Below, piece after piece: positions 41,133 to 51,664 of a DNA stretch of 64,000 nucleotides. Made by a program: the position numbers and the translations under genes. Positions within the stretch are counted from its first letter, which is position 1. Every line of letters starts with the position of its first letter. Below the pieces are notes generated by a model, which saw only the letters and a list, made by a program, of their open reading frames with translations, made no database searches and was not told where the DNA came from. Source of the stretch: Candidatus Bathyarchaeota archaeon. Lineage in GTDB: Archaea; Thermoproteota; Bathyarchaeia; Bathyarchaeales; Bathycorpusculaceae. The DNA lies in the NCBI GenBank assembly GCA_963811105.1, contig CAWEPZ010000002.1:256001-320000 (forward strand), given 5' to 3'.

Positions 41133-41912
41133 ATGAAACAATTCCTAATTACTCCCGCAGCAGGAAAACGCTTAATTGCCAAAACCCTATCAAACCACCC
41201 AGCAATCAAAAAAGCCCTCAAAAACGGAACGCTCGTGATTGTTGCTGGAACAACCAATGGTTACGTGGCTGAAGAAATTTTCAGAACTAACAATATTTCA
41301 AACGATTTCTCTAGGGGACGATTCTTTAGGGGAATTATATTGCCACCGACTCACTCAGTAAATGTTGAGGGAAGGCTTGCTGATGGAACCAATTTTCCTG
41401 GTGACGTTGTAATAACTGAGGGTGTTTGGCAAAAAGGCAAAACAATTGCTCACGTGATTGACACACTCAAAGAAGGCGATGTAATCTTGAAGGGTGCAAA
41501 CGCTTTAGATCTTACGCGTAAACAGGCAGCAATTCTGATTGGTCACCCGAAAGCTGGAACCATAGGTTTAGCCCTACCTGCCATAGTGGGACGTAGAGTA
41601 AAACTCATAATACCCGTAGGCATTGAGAAGCGTGTAAACGGCGATTTAACTTCTTTGGCGGAAAAGCTTAATGCACCTGGGTTAAGTGGGTATCGTTTGT
41701 TGCCTGTTGTTGGAGAAGTATTTACTGAGTTGGACGCGTTAACTGCTTTAACTGGCGCTGATGTGGAATTGATTGCTGCTGGCGGTGTTTGTGGCGCCGA
41801 AGGCTCTAGTTGGATAGCTGTGTTTGGGACTATAGAACAAGAAGAGTTTGCCGCTGAGATTATTGCTTCAATAAACTGTGAACCAGCATTTAGTCTCGAA
41901 AAAACAAAATGA
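41133..41912 (+). CDS. Hypothetical protein
   Basis: [36 protein letters not shown]; function not recognised. Confidence 0.75.
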   Translation: MKQFLITPAAGKRLIAKTLSNHPAIKKALKNGTLVIVAGTTNGYVAEEIFRTNNISNDFSRGRFFRGIILPPTHSVNVEGRLADGTNFPGDVVITEGVWQKGKTIAHVIDTLKEGDVILKGANALDLTRKQAAILIGHPKAGTIGLALPAIVGRRVKLIIPVGIEKRVNGDLTSLAEKLNAPGLSGYRLLPVVGEVFTELDALTALTGADVELIAAGGVCGAEGSSWIAVFGTIEQEEFAAEIIASINCEPAFSLEKTK

Positions 41913-41936
41913 AAAAAAAGATTGTTTGGTTTTAAT

Positions 41937-42134
41937 TTATTCTTGGCCATGATGCATCATGCCCATCATACCGTGTCCTTTCCCTCTTGAAGCCATGCCT
42001 TCTCTCAAGTTCTGAATAAGCTCTGGAATTGTTTGACTCATCATTTCCATGTTTGCTTTTATTAAGTCCATAGCTGGCTGGTTTATTTCAAACTCAACTG
42101 TCAGTTTTACTTTGCCACTTTTGTCTGCTTCCAT
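41937..42134 (-). CDS. Small Met/His-rich protein (65 aa)
   Basis: AGGAGGTG RBS before ATG 42134; C-terminus GHGMMGMMHHGQE. Confidence 0.7.
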   Translation of the reverse strand: MEADKSGKVKLTVEFEINQPAMDLIKANMEMMSQTIPELIQNLREGMASRGKGHGMMGMMHHGQE

Positions 42135-42258
42135 AAATCCACCTCCTTTAAAATCAAGATTATCAAAACCAGTTTTAACCATCTTAATTGGATAATAATT
42201 GTCCGTCTTAAAGATTACGTGGCTGTACCTATGCGACAACATAATGTTTTATGAAAAA

Positions 42259-43089
42259 CTAGTTGGTGCTCCAATGTTTGGCTAATGCCTCAAGCGCTTT
42301 TTCAAACAAGTAATCCTCTGGCATAACATCAACTTTCACACCCATTTCCCTTAAGGCTTCAGCAGTGGTAGGACCAATGGCAACAGTTGTCACTTTACTG
42401 TTAATCATGCTGCGAAGTGTTTCTGTTGTTGCTTTCTCAGAAAGCATTTTGAAAATATTTTTTGCGCTTAATCCGCTCCCGAAAACAACCGCATCAATCT
42501 TTCCAGCGGTTAAGTCTTGATAGAATTGTTCTTTTAATTTCTCGTCGACTGGCAAGCCTGACTCGTAAACATAAATCTCCTCAACGTCAGCACCCATTTC
42601 TTTAAGCTTCTCAGTTAAGGTTGGGGTTGCATTACTGGTTCGTGGAATGCGAATTTTTTTGCCTGAAACCTCTCCTTTTTCAAAGCACTCGATTAGTCCT
42701 TCCGAACTAAACTTAGTAGGAACTAAACTTACATGAATTCCGTAATCCTTTTCAAGAGCTTCAGCGGTTCGGGGTCCAACTGCTATAACAAAGGTTTCAG
42801 CTAAACCTTCTTTCAACCGGCGGGTCTGCTTTAGCTCTTCAGCCGCAGAAAACAGATATCTTACCCCATTGGTGCTCATAAAAATAACGTAATCAACTTG
42901 CATCTTGATTAGTTCAATAATAAATTTTTTTATGGGCGCAAAGTTGGTTAATCCCTTGATTTCTATTGCAGGAATATAGTAAGGCACTCCGGCTTTTTCT
43001 TGAATGAGTTTGCCTGCTTCTTCCGACTGACCCGCTGGACGGGTTATTGCAATGGTTTTGCCTTTTAGGTTAGGGGCTTTTTGAACCAT
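42259..43089 (-). CDS. hemD: Uroporphyrinogen-III synthase
   Basis: AITRP, IFMSTNGV, AVGPRTA, VYE, AIGPTTA. Confidence 0.92.
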   Translation of the reverse strand: MVQKAPNLKGKTIAITRPAGQSEEAGKLIQEKAGVPYYIPAIEIKGLTNFAPIKKFIIELIKMQVDYVIFMSTNGVRYLFSAAEELKQTRRLKEGLAETFVIAVGPRTAEALEKDYGIHVSLVPTKFSSEGLIECFEKGEVSGKKIRIPRTSNATPTLTEKLKEMGADVEEIYVYESGLPVDEKLKEQFYQDLTAGKIDAVVFGSGLSAKNIFKMLSEKATTETLRSMINSKVTTVAIGPTTAEALREMGVKVDVMPEDYLFEKALEALAKHWSTN

Positions 43090-43820
43090 GCAAGTTTCCT
43101 ACCCAAATTCGCTACTTCACCAATAATAATAACTGCTGGAGGTTTGACGTGTTTTTCTTCTGCTTCCTTAGCAAGGGTGCTGATTTTTGAGATAATTGTT
43201 CTTTGTTGTTGAAGGGTACCTGATTCGACGATTGCTGCTGGTGTATCTGGGTTTATGCCTCCGTCAATAAGTTTTTGCATGATTGCTTCAAGTGATTCGA
43301 TGCCCATTAAAATGACCATTGTGTCGACTACTTGGGCTATTTTTGCCCAGTCAATTACTTTTTCCGCATCGCCCGCTCTGTGTCCCGTAATTATCGCTAC
43401 TGAAGCGGCATAGTCGCGATGTGTCAATGGGATGCCTGCGTACGTTGGAGCCGCAACTGCTGAACTAACCCCTGGCACTACTTCAAATTCGATGCCTTTT
43501 TCCACCAGAGCTTCAGCTTCTTCTCCTCCTCTACCAAAAATAAATGGGTCTCCTCCCTTGAGCCTGACAACTCTTCCGCCTTTTAGGGCTTTCTCAATTA
43601 TCAGTTCAGTGATTTTGTCCTGTGGGACCTCATGTTTGCCCGTTCGCTTTCCAACATAAAGTTTCTCAGCTTTTTCCGGTGCTAAGTTAAGGATTGATTC
43701 GCCAACTAATCTATCGTAAATTACAGTGTCCGCTTGTTTAAGCAGTTCAATTGCTCTTACTGTGAGTAGTTTGGGGTCGCCTGGTCCGGCGCCAACAAGG
43801 AAGACTTTACCAGGTGCCAT
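43065..43820 (-). CDS. cobA: Uroporphyrinogen-III C-methyltransferase
   Basis: VGAGPGDP, YDRLV, RLKGGDPFIFGRGGEE, GIPLTHR. Confidence 0.95.
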   Translation of the reverse strand: MAPGKVFLVGAGPGDPKLLTVRAIELLKQADTVIYDRLVGESILNLAPEKAEKLYVGKRTGKHEVPQDKITELIIEKALKGGRVVRLKGGDPFIFGRGGEEAEALVEKGIEFEVVPGVSSAVAAPTYAGIPLTHRDYAASVAIITGHRAGDAEKVIDWAKIAQVVDTMVILMGIESLEAIMQKLIDGGINPDTPAAIVESGTLQQQRTIISKISTLAKEAEEKHVKPPAVIIIGEVANLGRKLAWFKKPLT

Positions 43821-44742
43821 ATTTTTCTCTCCATTCCTTCTCGAACTCTTTGGCTCCCTGCGCTATTAGGTCTTCACCGACCTTTATGCCTAGCACTTCA
43901 GCTTCATCTAACGTTCCCCGGGCAGTAGCACTAATTTTCTTTCGCTCACTCAGGCAAAATATGCAACCAAAAAGTGACAGATTATTGCCCTCAACATGTC
44001 CAACAGCACCAATGGGTACTCGGCAGCCACCTTCCAGCTGAAGAACCAAACTTCGTTCAGCTGCAATTTCAGCGCGAGTTGCTTTATGTTCAACCGTCTG
44101 CAAAACAGCTATTACACGTTCATTATCCGCTTTTGCAACTATTGCCAGTGCTCCTTGTCCGGCGGCTGATGGAAACTGGTCTAGGGGCAAACGCTCAGCT
44201 ATTTCGTTTGTTAAATTCATTCTCTCAAGCCCTGCTTCAGCAATGACGATGCCTGCAAACTCACCTCTTTTGACTTTGTTTAGTCGTGTGTCAACGTTCC
44301 CTCTTATTGGTTGCACATCTAAGTCAGGGCGAACAAACTTGATTTCTGCCATTCTTCTTAGGCTGCCTGTTCCAACTAGAGCACCTTGCGGAAGAGTGCT
44401 AAGTGCAACTTTGCCCTTCGAAATTAAAACGTCATTTTGCGAATCCCGTTTTGGAATTGCCGCTAAAACTGTTCCAGTCTGCTGTTCAACAATGGGGACG
44501 TCTTTTAGGCTGTGAACGGCAAAGTCAATTTCGCCGCTAACTACTTCTTGGTCGATTTCTTTTTCAAAAATACCTTTGCAGTCAATAGAAAATAGCGGTT
44601 TTCCGTGTTCTTTGTCGCCGATGGTCTTAATGATTTTTAGTTTAAACTCAACGTCGGGGTGTGCTTGTTTAATTTGTTTTAGGACACGGTTCGTTTGTGC
44701 AAGGGCAAGTACGCTCCCTCTTGTGCCAACAGTTAGCTTCAT
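43807..44742 (-). CDS. hemC: Hydroxymethylbilane synthase
   Basis: GTRGS.LA, VHSLKD, GTGSLRR, RGNVDTRL, GGC. Confidence 0.96.
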   Translation of the reverse strand: MKLTVGTRGSVLALAQTNRVLKQIKQAHPDVEFKLKIIKTIGDKEHGKPLFSIDCKGIFEKEIDQEVVSGEIDFAVHSLKDVPIVEQQTGTVLAAIPKRDSQNDVLISKGKVALSTLPQGALVGTGSLRRMAEIKFVRPDLDVQPIRGNVDTRLNKVKRGEFAGIVIAEAGLERMNLTNEIAERLPLDQFPSAAGQGALAIVAKADNERVIAVLQTVEHKATRAEIAAERSLVLQLEGGCRVPIGAVGHVEGNNLSLFGCIFCLSERKKISATARGTLDEAEVLGIKVGEDLIAQGAKEFEKEWREKYGTW

Positions 44743-46055
44743 TTGATTTGTTTCTCCGCAGCTGCTTTGCCCAGTGCTTTGTCAAAAGCGTTCATTGTAT
44801 GCTTTAAATCTTCCTCGGTGTGAGCTGTTGACAGGAAGCAGGTTTCAAATTGTGAAGGCGGAATAAACACGCCTTGCTTGAGCAACTCATGGAAGTAAGC
44901 GGCAAACATTTTGGTGTCAGAATGTTTGGCGCACGCATAGTCTCTGACTTCTTCGTTTGTGAAGAATATCTGGTACATGGAAGCAATGTTGTAGATTTGC
45001 GCTTGCAAATCGTAGGATTGGACAATATCCACCAAAGCCTTTGTTAATTCAGCACAGTTTTTCTCAAGCTTGGGGTAAATCTCCGCTTTCTTTTGGTTGA
45101 GCAGCTTTAGGATTGTGTAGCCTGCGGTCGTCGAAACTGGGTTACCGCTGAACGTACCTGCTTGGTAGACTTTGCCGACTGGCGAAATGTTCTCCATAAT
45201 CTCGCGTTTGCCGCCAAACGCCGCCAAAGGGAAGCCGCCACCCAAAACTTTACCAAGCGTTGCCATGTCAGGCTTCACGCCATAGTATTCCTGTGCGCCG
45301 CCCAATGCTAAACGGAAACCCGTGATTATCTCATCAAAAATCAGGACGGTACCATATTGGTTTGTTACTTTTCTAAGGTAGCTAAGGTAATCGTCTGTCG
45401 GCAAAATTAACCCAACATTTGCCAAGACTGGCTCAACAATAATCGCTGCTACTTCGTTGCCTTGCCGCTTCATGACTGCCTCTAACGCTTCAACGCTGTT
45501 GTAGGGCACAACAATTGTGTTCTGGGTTGTTTCTTCAGGGATTCCAAGTGAGTTTGGCGTGCCAAAAGTTGCTGCTCCTGAGCCGGCCTTAACCAAAACA
45601 TTATCATGCGAACCGTGGAAGCAGCCTTCGAACTTAATGATTTTTTTTCTTCCCGTGTACCCTCTTGCCGTTCGAATAGCATGCATGGTGGCTTCTGTGC
45701 CTGAATTTACGAGGCGTAGCATTTCCATGCAAGGTGAAGCTTTTGATATGAGCTCGGCAAATTCCACTTCCTGCTCGGTTGGAGCGCCATAAAGCGAGCC
45801 TTTAGGTAACTGTTTTTTTACGGCTTCCATAATGTCTGGTTGGGCATGCCCCAAAAGCAATGCGCCATACGCCATACAATAGTCGACATATTCGGCGTCG
45901 TCTGCGCTGTATAATTTAGAGCCTTGGGCATGGTCAACAAAGAATGGATAGGGCTCAAATGCTCGGACTGGACTGTTTACGCCTCCCGGCAGAACCTTTT
46001 TGGCTCTCTCAAAAAGCTTCTTTGACTTGCTATCGCTCAAGGCTGACTCAACCAC
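44739..46055 (-). CDS. hemL: Glutamate-1-semialdehyde 2,1-aminomutase
   Basis: PGGVNSPVR, NSGTEA, GKVLGGG, QAGTFSGNP, PSQFE. Confidence 0.96.
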   Translation of the reverse strand: MVESALSDSKSKKLFERAKKVLPGGVNSPVRAFEPYPFFVDHAQGSKLYSADDAEYVDYCMAYGALLLGHAQPDIMEAVKKQLPKGSLYGAPTEQEVEFAELISKASPCMEMLRLVNSGTEATMHAIRTARGYTGRKKIIKFEGCFHGSHDNVLVKAGSGAATFGTPNSLGIPEETTQNTIVVPYNSVEALEAVMKRQGNEVAAIIVEPVLANVGLILPTDDYLSYLRKVTNQYGTVLIFDEIITGFRLALGGAQEYYGVKPDMATLGKVLGGGFPLAAFGGKREIMENISPVGKVYQAGTFSGNPVSTTAGYTILKLLNQKKAEIYPKLEKNCAELTKALVDIVQSYDLQAQIYNIASMYQIFFTNEEVRDYACAKHSDTKMFAAYFHELLKQGVFIPPSQFETCFLSTAHTEEDLKHTMNAFDKALGKAAAEKQIK

Positions 46056-47017
46056 GATTTGGCATCCTTAGCAAAGTAGGTTATGATTAAATCTGCGCCT
46101 GCACGTTTAATGCCTGTTAAGATTTCGCGAATTACAGTTTTTTCATCTATCCAACCGTTCTGAGCCGCAGCTTTTACCATTGAGTATTCGCCGCTGACGT
46201 TGTATGCGACTATAGGCACGTTGAAGTTTGCTTTGGCAAGACCGATAATATCCAAGTAAGCTAATGCGGGCTTAACCATAATCATGTCTGCTCCTTCGTT
46301 GAGGTCTAATTCCATTTCGCGTAGAGCTTCTTCTTGGCTTCCTTGGCTCATTTGGTAGGTTCTGCGGTTTCCAAATTTAGGTATGGATTCCGCTGCTTCT
46401 CTGAATGGACCGTAGAAGCCTGAGGCGTATTTGGCTGAGTAAGCCATTATTGGTACCTGCTCAAAACCAGAGTCATCTAATGCTTCACGGATGGCGCCTA
46501 CTTGTCCGTCCATCATGGCTGAGGGAGCTACTATATCTGCGCCTGCTTCGGCTTGGCTAACTGCTACTTTGGCGAGCACATCAAGGGTTTGGTCGTTTAG
46601 AATTTCGCCGTCTTTAACTAAGCCGCAGTGCCCATGACTCATATACTCACATAGGCAGACATCGCCAATAACTACAAGCTCTTCTCCGTATGTTTTTTTC
46701 AACTCGTCGATTGCCTTTTGGATGACTCCATTTTTAGCAAAAGCGCTTGTTCCTGCTTCATCTTTTTTTGCTGGGATGCCGAAGAGCAACACGCTTTTTA
46801 CACCTTGTGTCAACGCTTGTTTTCCTTCATCTGCAACTTGATTAATTGGCAGCCTACTATACCCAGGCATGGATTCGATGGCAACGGGTTTTTTAATGCC
46901 TTCATCAACAAAAATTGGGTAAATCAAGTTACTTGGCTGCAGATTTATCTGGTTTAATATTTCGCGTAACGTTGCGGTTCTGCGTAATCTTCTCATTCTA
47001 ACTGTTGGAAAACTCAA
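46037..47017 (-). CDS. hemB: Porphobilinogen synthase (Zn-type)
   Basis: DVCLCEY..HGHC, YSAKY, YGPFR, MVKPA, YNVSGEY. Confidence 0.96.
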   Translation of the reverse strand: MSFPTVRMRRLRRTATLREILNQINLQPSNLIYPIFVDEGIKKPVAIESMPGYSRLPINQVADEGKQALTQGVKSVLLFGIPAKKDEAGTSAFAKNGVIQKAIDELKKTYGEELVVIGDVCLCEYMSHGHCGLVKDGEILNDQTLDVLAKVAVSQAEAGADIVAPSAMMDGQVGAIREALDDSGFEQVPIMAYSAKYASGFYGPFREAAESIPKFGNRRTYQMSQGSQEEALREMELDLNEGADMIMVKPALAYLDIIGLAKANFNVPIVAYNVSGEYSMVKAAAQNGWIDEKTVIREILTGIKRAGADLIITYFAKDAKSWLSQP

Positions 47018-47671
47018 CTATTTTGCCTCCATTTTCTCTATGAGTTTTATGGCTATTTCTTGAGCCTCAAGAAGCTTTCCTTCTTTTAAAACTTGTTTAA
47101 TTTTAATGTTATTAAGTATCTCGCATAACAACTTGCTTCTTGTTTTTGAATCAGGAACTTGCTTTTTGAGGATACCGCGAATATGGCTCTGTAATTCGAT
47201 CTCAAGCAAATCCTCAGGCTTTATCATCTTCTCAATCCTTTCTCTGAGCGCCCTAGCCATAGCAGGGCTCTTTCCTGAAGTAGAAACAGCAACCTTTACG
47301 TCGCCGACGCACGCAACAGCCGGCAAAATAAAATCGCTCAAAGCAGGATTATCAACGGAATAGACCATTCCACACAAAGATTTAGCCGTTTCAACAAGTT
47401 TAAGGTTAAGTTTAGAATCATTTGTTACCGCTAAAAACACATCTGGCTTAGGATTCAGAGTATTTACAAATGCTTTGGCATCTTTAATTTCCGTCTTAAC
47501 TAAAGCAACCTTCTTTGAATCAGCCAACTCTTGAATACTACTTGAAAACTCTTTGCTGATAACCCAGATTTTTGCTTCTGAATTAACGAAACTCTTCATT
47601 TTCCGGTAAGCTTCTGAGCCTCCGCCAACAATTACAATAGTTTTTCCATCGAGTTTGAGGTCTATGAGCAA
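47018..47671 (-). CDS. Precorrin-2 dehydrogenase (SirC / CysG N-terminal-like)
   Basis: IVGGG, VDNP..SDFILPA, VSTSGKSP. Confidence 0.9.
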   Translation of the reverse strand: MLIDLKLDGKTIVIVGGGSEAYRKMKSFVNSEAKIWVISKEFSSSIQELADSKKVALVKTEIKDAKAFVNTLNPKPDVFLAVTNDSKLNLKLVETAKSLCGMVYSVDNPALSDFILPAVACVGDVKVAVSTSGKSPAMARALRERIEKMIKPEDLLEIELQSHIRGILKKQVPDSKTRSKLLCEILNNIKIKQVLKEGKLLEAQEIAIKLIEKMEAK

Positions 47672-49233
47672 CTTTGCGTTTTGCCACCTTGAGAAGCGTT
47701 GAGCTTATAATTGGTGAGTAGATTTTTGAATTTTTGCATAAATGCTTCATAATCAACCGGTCGGAGTGCTGGCGCTTTTGCAATTTGTATAAGAGCTCCG
47801 AGGTTGATGTTTTCTTCCGCCGCTTTGATGGCTTGGGCTCCGAACTCTTCGTACTTGATTTCGATTTCAGGGATCATGCCTCTGCCTTCCACATCCATCT
47901 TTGGCACAAACCCCAGCAATTCAACGCCGCTGTTTTCAAACGCCTGTTTGATGGTTTGTTTAATTTGGTCGCTGAGGTAGCTTGTGTGGACTTTGTTTAG
48001 AATGACGCCTGTTACGTTTACGCCCAAACCCTTGAGCAGACTGATATAATTGAGCGAGTTTGCCAACCCGCCTTCTACGCCTTCTTTGTCGCAGGCAACC
48101 ACCATAATTGTCGAGGCGCCCAATGCCGCAGCAACCTCAGCGGTTGAAGTAGGCCGCTGGACCTTATCATTGAGTAGCCCTGTGAAGGCGCTCATGGCTC
48201 CCTCAACAAGCAAAAAATCGTGCTCTTTGCTGGCTTCCTCTATAGCTTCAGATAACGGTTTCCAGCCGCTTTCCCCAATCTTAATCGACGAATAAGGTCT
48301 AATCGGCTCCTTGATAAGGTAGAGCGCTGGCACGGTGTCTCGAATGTCGCCGCCGACCTTGATCACGCCTACCTTGAAGCCTCTGCGTTTCAGTGCGCCT
48401 GCAATACCTGCCAAAACGAAGGTTTTCCCTGAACCGCTCTCAATAGCAGTAACCAGCAAGAGGAGCGGTGTTTTCTGATTGAGAGGCGCTTGCTGATGGA
48501 TATTGGTTGAAATACCAATTTCGCTTTTAATTCGTTCCTGGAGCTTGGCGTTTGCCTTTCGAATCTCTTCGAGCTCGATAGCATTAATGCCCAGCGATTT
48601 CGTGATACTCTGCAAAATGGTCGGGTTTTGATCCAAAAGCCCGTGAATAAAAATTCCCACCACGTTACCCTGCTTGTTGGCTACTCCTGAAACCAAATCT
48701 TGCGGGTCTTTATGATAGTTGACACGTTTTACATGTGAAACAAGAATTGTTTTTGCATCTTTGTGCAAAATAATGTGCCCGTAGGTATGGCAATGAAATC
48801 CTGAAACTTCCTTGCCGACCTCGCTTGTGATGAAGCTGTTGTCAGTTACAGTGGCTACTACGCGGTCTGTGCATATGAGAGGTTTGAACTCAGAGTCAAG
48901 TAGGCCTAAGCCTTCACGGGTTATGGGCACTTTTGAGAGACGTCCCACATCGGTTTCCTTTGCCAAAATCTGGAAGCCTGAGCAGATTCCAAGCACAAAC
49001 TTGCCGCTGTCAGCCATCTTCAAAATTTCGCTGCTGACTTTCTTGTTAACGCTTCCTGATTCGACGAGGCTTCCGCCTGGAATGATTATCATGTCTAAAA
49101 CTTCGGAGGCGGGCTTGCCGTCTATGAGGGCATCGGACAAAACTAGGTCGGTTGGGAGGTTTCCGAAGTCTTCAAAGCATGGGAGAGCACCGGGAAGGTA
49201 AACCAAACCGATTCTGTGGTGAAATTTTGTCAC
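47662..49233 (-). CDS. CobB/CobQ-like amidase with inverted domain order (GATase N-terminal, P-loop synthetase C-terminal)
   Basis: IPGG, GICSGFQ, GLGLLD, IHG in N-half; SGSGKT, VEG, STAEVA, GVILNKV in C-half. Confidence 0.8.
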   Translation of the reverse strand: MTKFHHRIGLVYLPGALPCFEDFGNLPTDLVLSDALIDGKPASEVLDMIIIPGGSLVESGSVNKKVSSEILKMADSGKFVLGICSGFQILAKETDVGRLSKVPITREGLGLLDSEFKPLICTDRVVATVTDNSFITSEVGKEVSGFHCHTYGHIILHKDAKTILVSHVKRVNYHKDPQDLVSGVANKQGNVVGIFIHGLLDQNPTILQSITKSLGINAIELEEIRKANAKLQERIKSEIGISTNIHQQAPLNQKTPLLLLVTAIESGSGKTFVLAGIAGALKRRGFKVGVIKVGGDIRDTVPALYLIKEPIRPYSSIKIGESGWKPLSEAIEEASKEHDFLLVEGAMSAFTGLLNDKVQRPTSTAEVAAALGASTIMVVACDKEGVEGGLANSLNYISLLKGLGVNVTGVILNKVHTSYLSDQIKQTIKQAFENSGVELLGFVPKMDVEGRGMIPEIEIKYEEFGAQAIKAAEENINLGALIQIAKAPALRPVDYEAFMQKFKNLLTNYKLNASQGGKTQSCS

Positions 49234-49295
49234 AAATTATGCCCTTCGGCTATTTACGGTAAAACTTATATTTAAGACGGTCGGTTTATCCAACC

Positions 49296-50579
49296 ATGCA
49301 TTCCTCGGCCAAAACAGACCATACCCTCAACGTCAGAATAACGCATAAAACCGCCCGTGTCCCATTAATGGAGGCGGTCGCGTTTAAGGACAAGGGAAAA
49401 GCGCTTGCCGAGATTCGTTCTATCGAAGGTGTTGAGGAATGCCTACTTCTTCAGACATGCAACCGAATTGAAATCTACCTTATTTCTGAAGATGAATCGG
49501 CATTAAATTTAGTTAAGGATTATTTTATTAAGAGATCTGTAGCAAATCTTGAGGAAGCATTTAGAGCAGTAGAAACATCCGAGGATGATGATGCTTTCAA
49601 TCATCTTTTAAGGGTGACTTCAGGCTTGGAATCGATGGTAATAGGTGAAGACCAAGTTCTTAACCAAGTCTGGGACGCCTACTTAGAAGCAGAAAACGCA
49701 AAAACACTGGGTCCAATCCTTAAGCACCTGTTTAATCGTGCCATGACCGTTGGCAGACGCGTAAGAAACGAAACAGGAATCAATAAGGGTGCAGTTTCTG
49801 TTGGTTCGGCAGCAGTTGAATTAGCCGTTACTTTGCTAGGCAATTTAGAAGAGAAGAAAATCTTGGTCATGGGTGCTGGAGAAATAGGTACTCTAGTTGC
49901 CAAAGCTTTGGCGCGACGTTGCCTTAGCCCAATATTTATTGCCAACAGAACTCACGACCGAGCAGTAAAATTAGCTGAAGACCTTAAAGGAATGGCGGTA
50001 AAATTTAATCAGCTTGAAGAAGTATTTGTTGACGCTGACGTGGTTATCTGCTCAACCTCGGCACCGCACTACTTGCTAACTAAAGACCAGGTTTCAAAAC
50101 TGATGACGCAGCGAACAAACAAAAATGACGTCGTTATTATTGATATTTCAAATCCTCGTAACGTGGAGAAAACCGTTCAGGAAGTTGCTGGAACAAAACT
50201 CTACAACATTGACGATTTACAGTTGATAGCGAACAAGAACAAGCTTGAAAGGCAGAAAAGCATTGAGAAAGCCGTCAAAATATTAGACAAAGAACTAACT
50301 ATTCTGAATCAAGATATGAAAAGCCTATCCGTTCGCCTAATCATTTCAGAATTGCTCTCACAAGCTGAGCACGTGCGTCAAAAAGAACTTGCAACCGCTC
50401 TAACTATGATCGGGGATGTAGATGAGCGTGAAAAGAAAATTCTTGAAAATTTAACTTCTATTTTGATTAAAGAAACCTTTGTTCCTATTGTTGAAAACTT
50501 GCGTTTAGCCGCAAAGAACGGTGACATGCAGCAAATTGACTTAGCCGTTAAGCTGTTTGAGAAAACGGAGAAAAACTAA
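49296..50579 (+). CDS. hemA: Glutamyl-tRNA reductase
   Basis: TCNRIE, GLESMVIGEDQ, GAGEIG, ANRT, DISNPRNV. Confidence 0.96.
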   Translation: MHSSAKTDHTLNVRITHKTARVPLMEAVAFKDKGKALAEIRSIEGVEECLLLQTCNRIEIYLISEDESALNLVKDYFIKRSVANLEEAFRAVETSEDDDAFNHLLRVTSGLESMVIGEDQVLNQVWDAYLEAENAKTLGPILKHLFNRAMTVGRRVRNETGINKGAVSVGSAAVELAVTLLGNLEEKKILVMGAGEIGTLVAKALARRCLSPIFIANRTHDRAVKLAEDLKGMAVKFNQLEEVFVDADVVICSTSAPHYLLTKDQVSKLMTQRTNKNDVVIIDISNPRNVEKTVQEVAGTKLYNIDDLQLIANKNKLERQKSIEKAVKILDKELTILNQDMKSLSVRLIISELLSQAEHVRQKELATALTMIGDVDEREKKILENLTSILIKETFVPIVENLRLAAKNGDMQQIDLAVKLFEKTEKN

Positions 50580-50594
50580 AGAGGCAAGTCAGCA

Positions 50595-51653
50595 TTGGAA
50601 AAAGTTGGCTTAATTCTTATTGGTCACGGAAGTAAACTGCCTCAGAACCGAGAGAATCTCGAAAAACTGGCCGATATCCTGCGCAAGCGCTCCACGTTCC
50701 ATATAATTGAAATCGCCTTCATGATTAGAAACACACCAACCGTTCCAGAAGCGATAGATTCTTTAGGAAAAAAGGGTGTTTCAAAAATTGTACTTGTTCC
50801 TGCTTTTCTGGCTCCTGGCGTTCACACAACTCAGGACATCCCTGAACTCATCGGCGTTAAAGAGAAAGAACATCTGTTAAAACAACGTGGGATAGAATTA
50901 ATTTACGGTGAACCTTTGGGGAGCGACGAGCGCATAGCTGCAATTCTAGAGGAAAAAGCCCTAAAAGCTCTCGGTCAAGAAGTCAAACACGACAGTGACT
51001 TTGTTGATGCCTACTCGATTCCTGCCGCAGGAAAAATTGTTGATAAAAGTATGCAGCTTATCCGCGCCGCCATCGGTGACACCCTGTCTAAGGTGCCCAA
51101 AAATCAGATTCCAATAATTGAACGCGTAGTTCACACAACCGCTGACCCGGAACTTGCCAAACTCTTAGTCATCAGCGACGGCGCAGTAGAGGCGGGAGTA
51201 GAAGCCATCAAGGCAGGCGCAAAAGTAGTCACCGATGTGAAAATGGTAAAGGCAGGAATCAACGAGGCGCGACTTAAGAAATTCGGCGGAAAAGTTACCA
51301 CATACATGAATGATGAACGGGCACCAAAATTGGCTAACTCTCTATCTTTAACTCGTGCAGCTGCTGCGATGCGCCTAGCTGTTAAAGATGGTTTAGACGG
51401 TGGCATCGTGCTTATTGGAAATGCTCCAACGGCAGCGTTTGAGCTTGCAGAGCAGATAAAGAAGGGCATTGTTAAACCAGCATTGATTGTAGCGGTACCT
51501 GTTGGTTACGTTGGAGCAGCAGAATCAAAAGAAGTTGTCGCAAAACTGCAAGTACCATTCATCATCGTTAGAGGTCGTCGAGGTGGTAGCACCATTGCCG
51601 TTGCTGTCTTTAACTCGTTGCTTTCTATGGCTGAAGGTAAAGCTTACGGTTAA
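50595..51653 (+). CDS. Fusion of CbiX cobaltochelatase and CbiC precorrin-8 methylmutase
   Basis: N-terminal IGHGS...FLAPGVHTTQDIP; C-terminal RVVHTTAD, TDVKMV, IGNAPTA, PVGYVGAAESK, GGS. Confidence 0.9.
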   Translation: MEKVGLILIGHGSKLPQNRENLEKLADILRKRSTFHIIEIAFMIRNTPTVPEAIDSLGKKGVSKIVLVPAFLAPGVHTTQDIPELIGVKEKEHLLKQRGIELIYGEPLGSDERIAAILEEKALKALGQEVKHDSDFVDAYSIPAAGKIVDKSMQLIRAAIGDTLSKVPKNQIPIIERVVHTTADPELAKLLVISDGAVEAGVEAIKAGAKVVTDVKMVKAGINEARLKKFGGKVTTYMNDERAPKLANSLSLTRAAAAMRLAVKDGLDGGIVLIGNAPTAAFELAEQIKKGIVKPALIVAVPVGYVGAAESKEVVAKLQVPFIIVRGRRGGSTIAVAVFNSLLSMAEGKAYG

Positions 51654-51664
51654 GAGGTGTCCTT

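Noticed and set aside
49234-49295. Cobalamin riboswitch or cbiM-type operator between the divergent hem/cbi operons
   Set aside because: Only about 60 bp, with no B12-box and no match to the TTAAC-N4-GTTAA motif.
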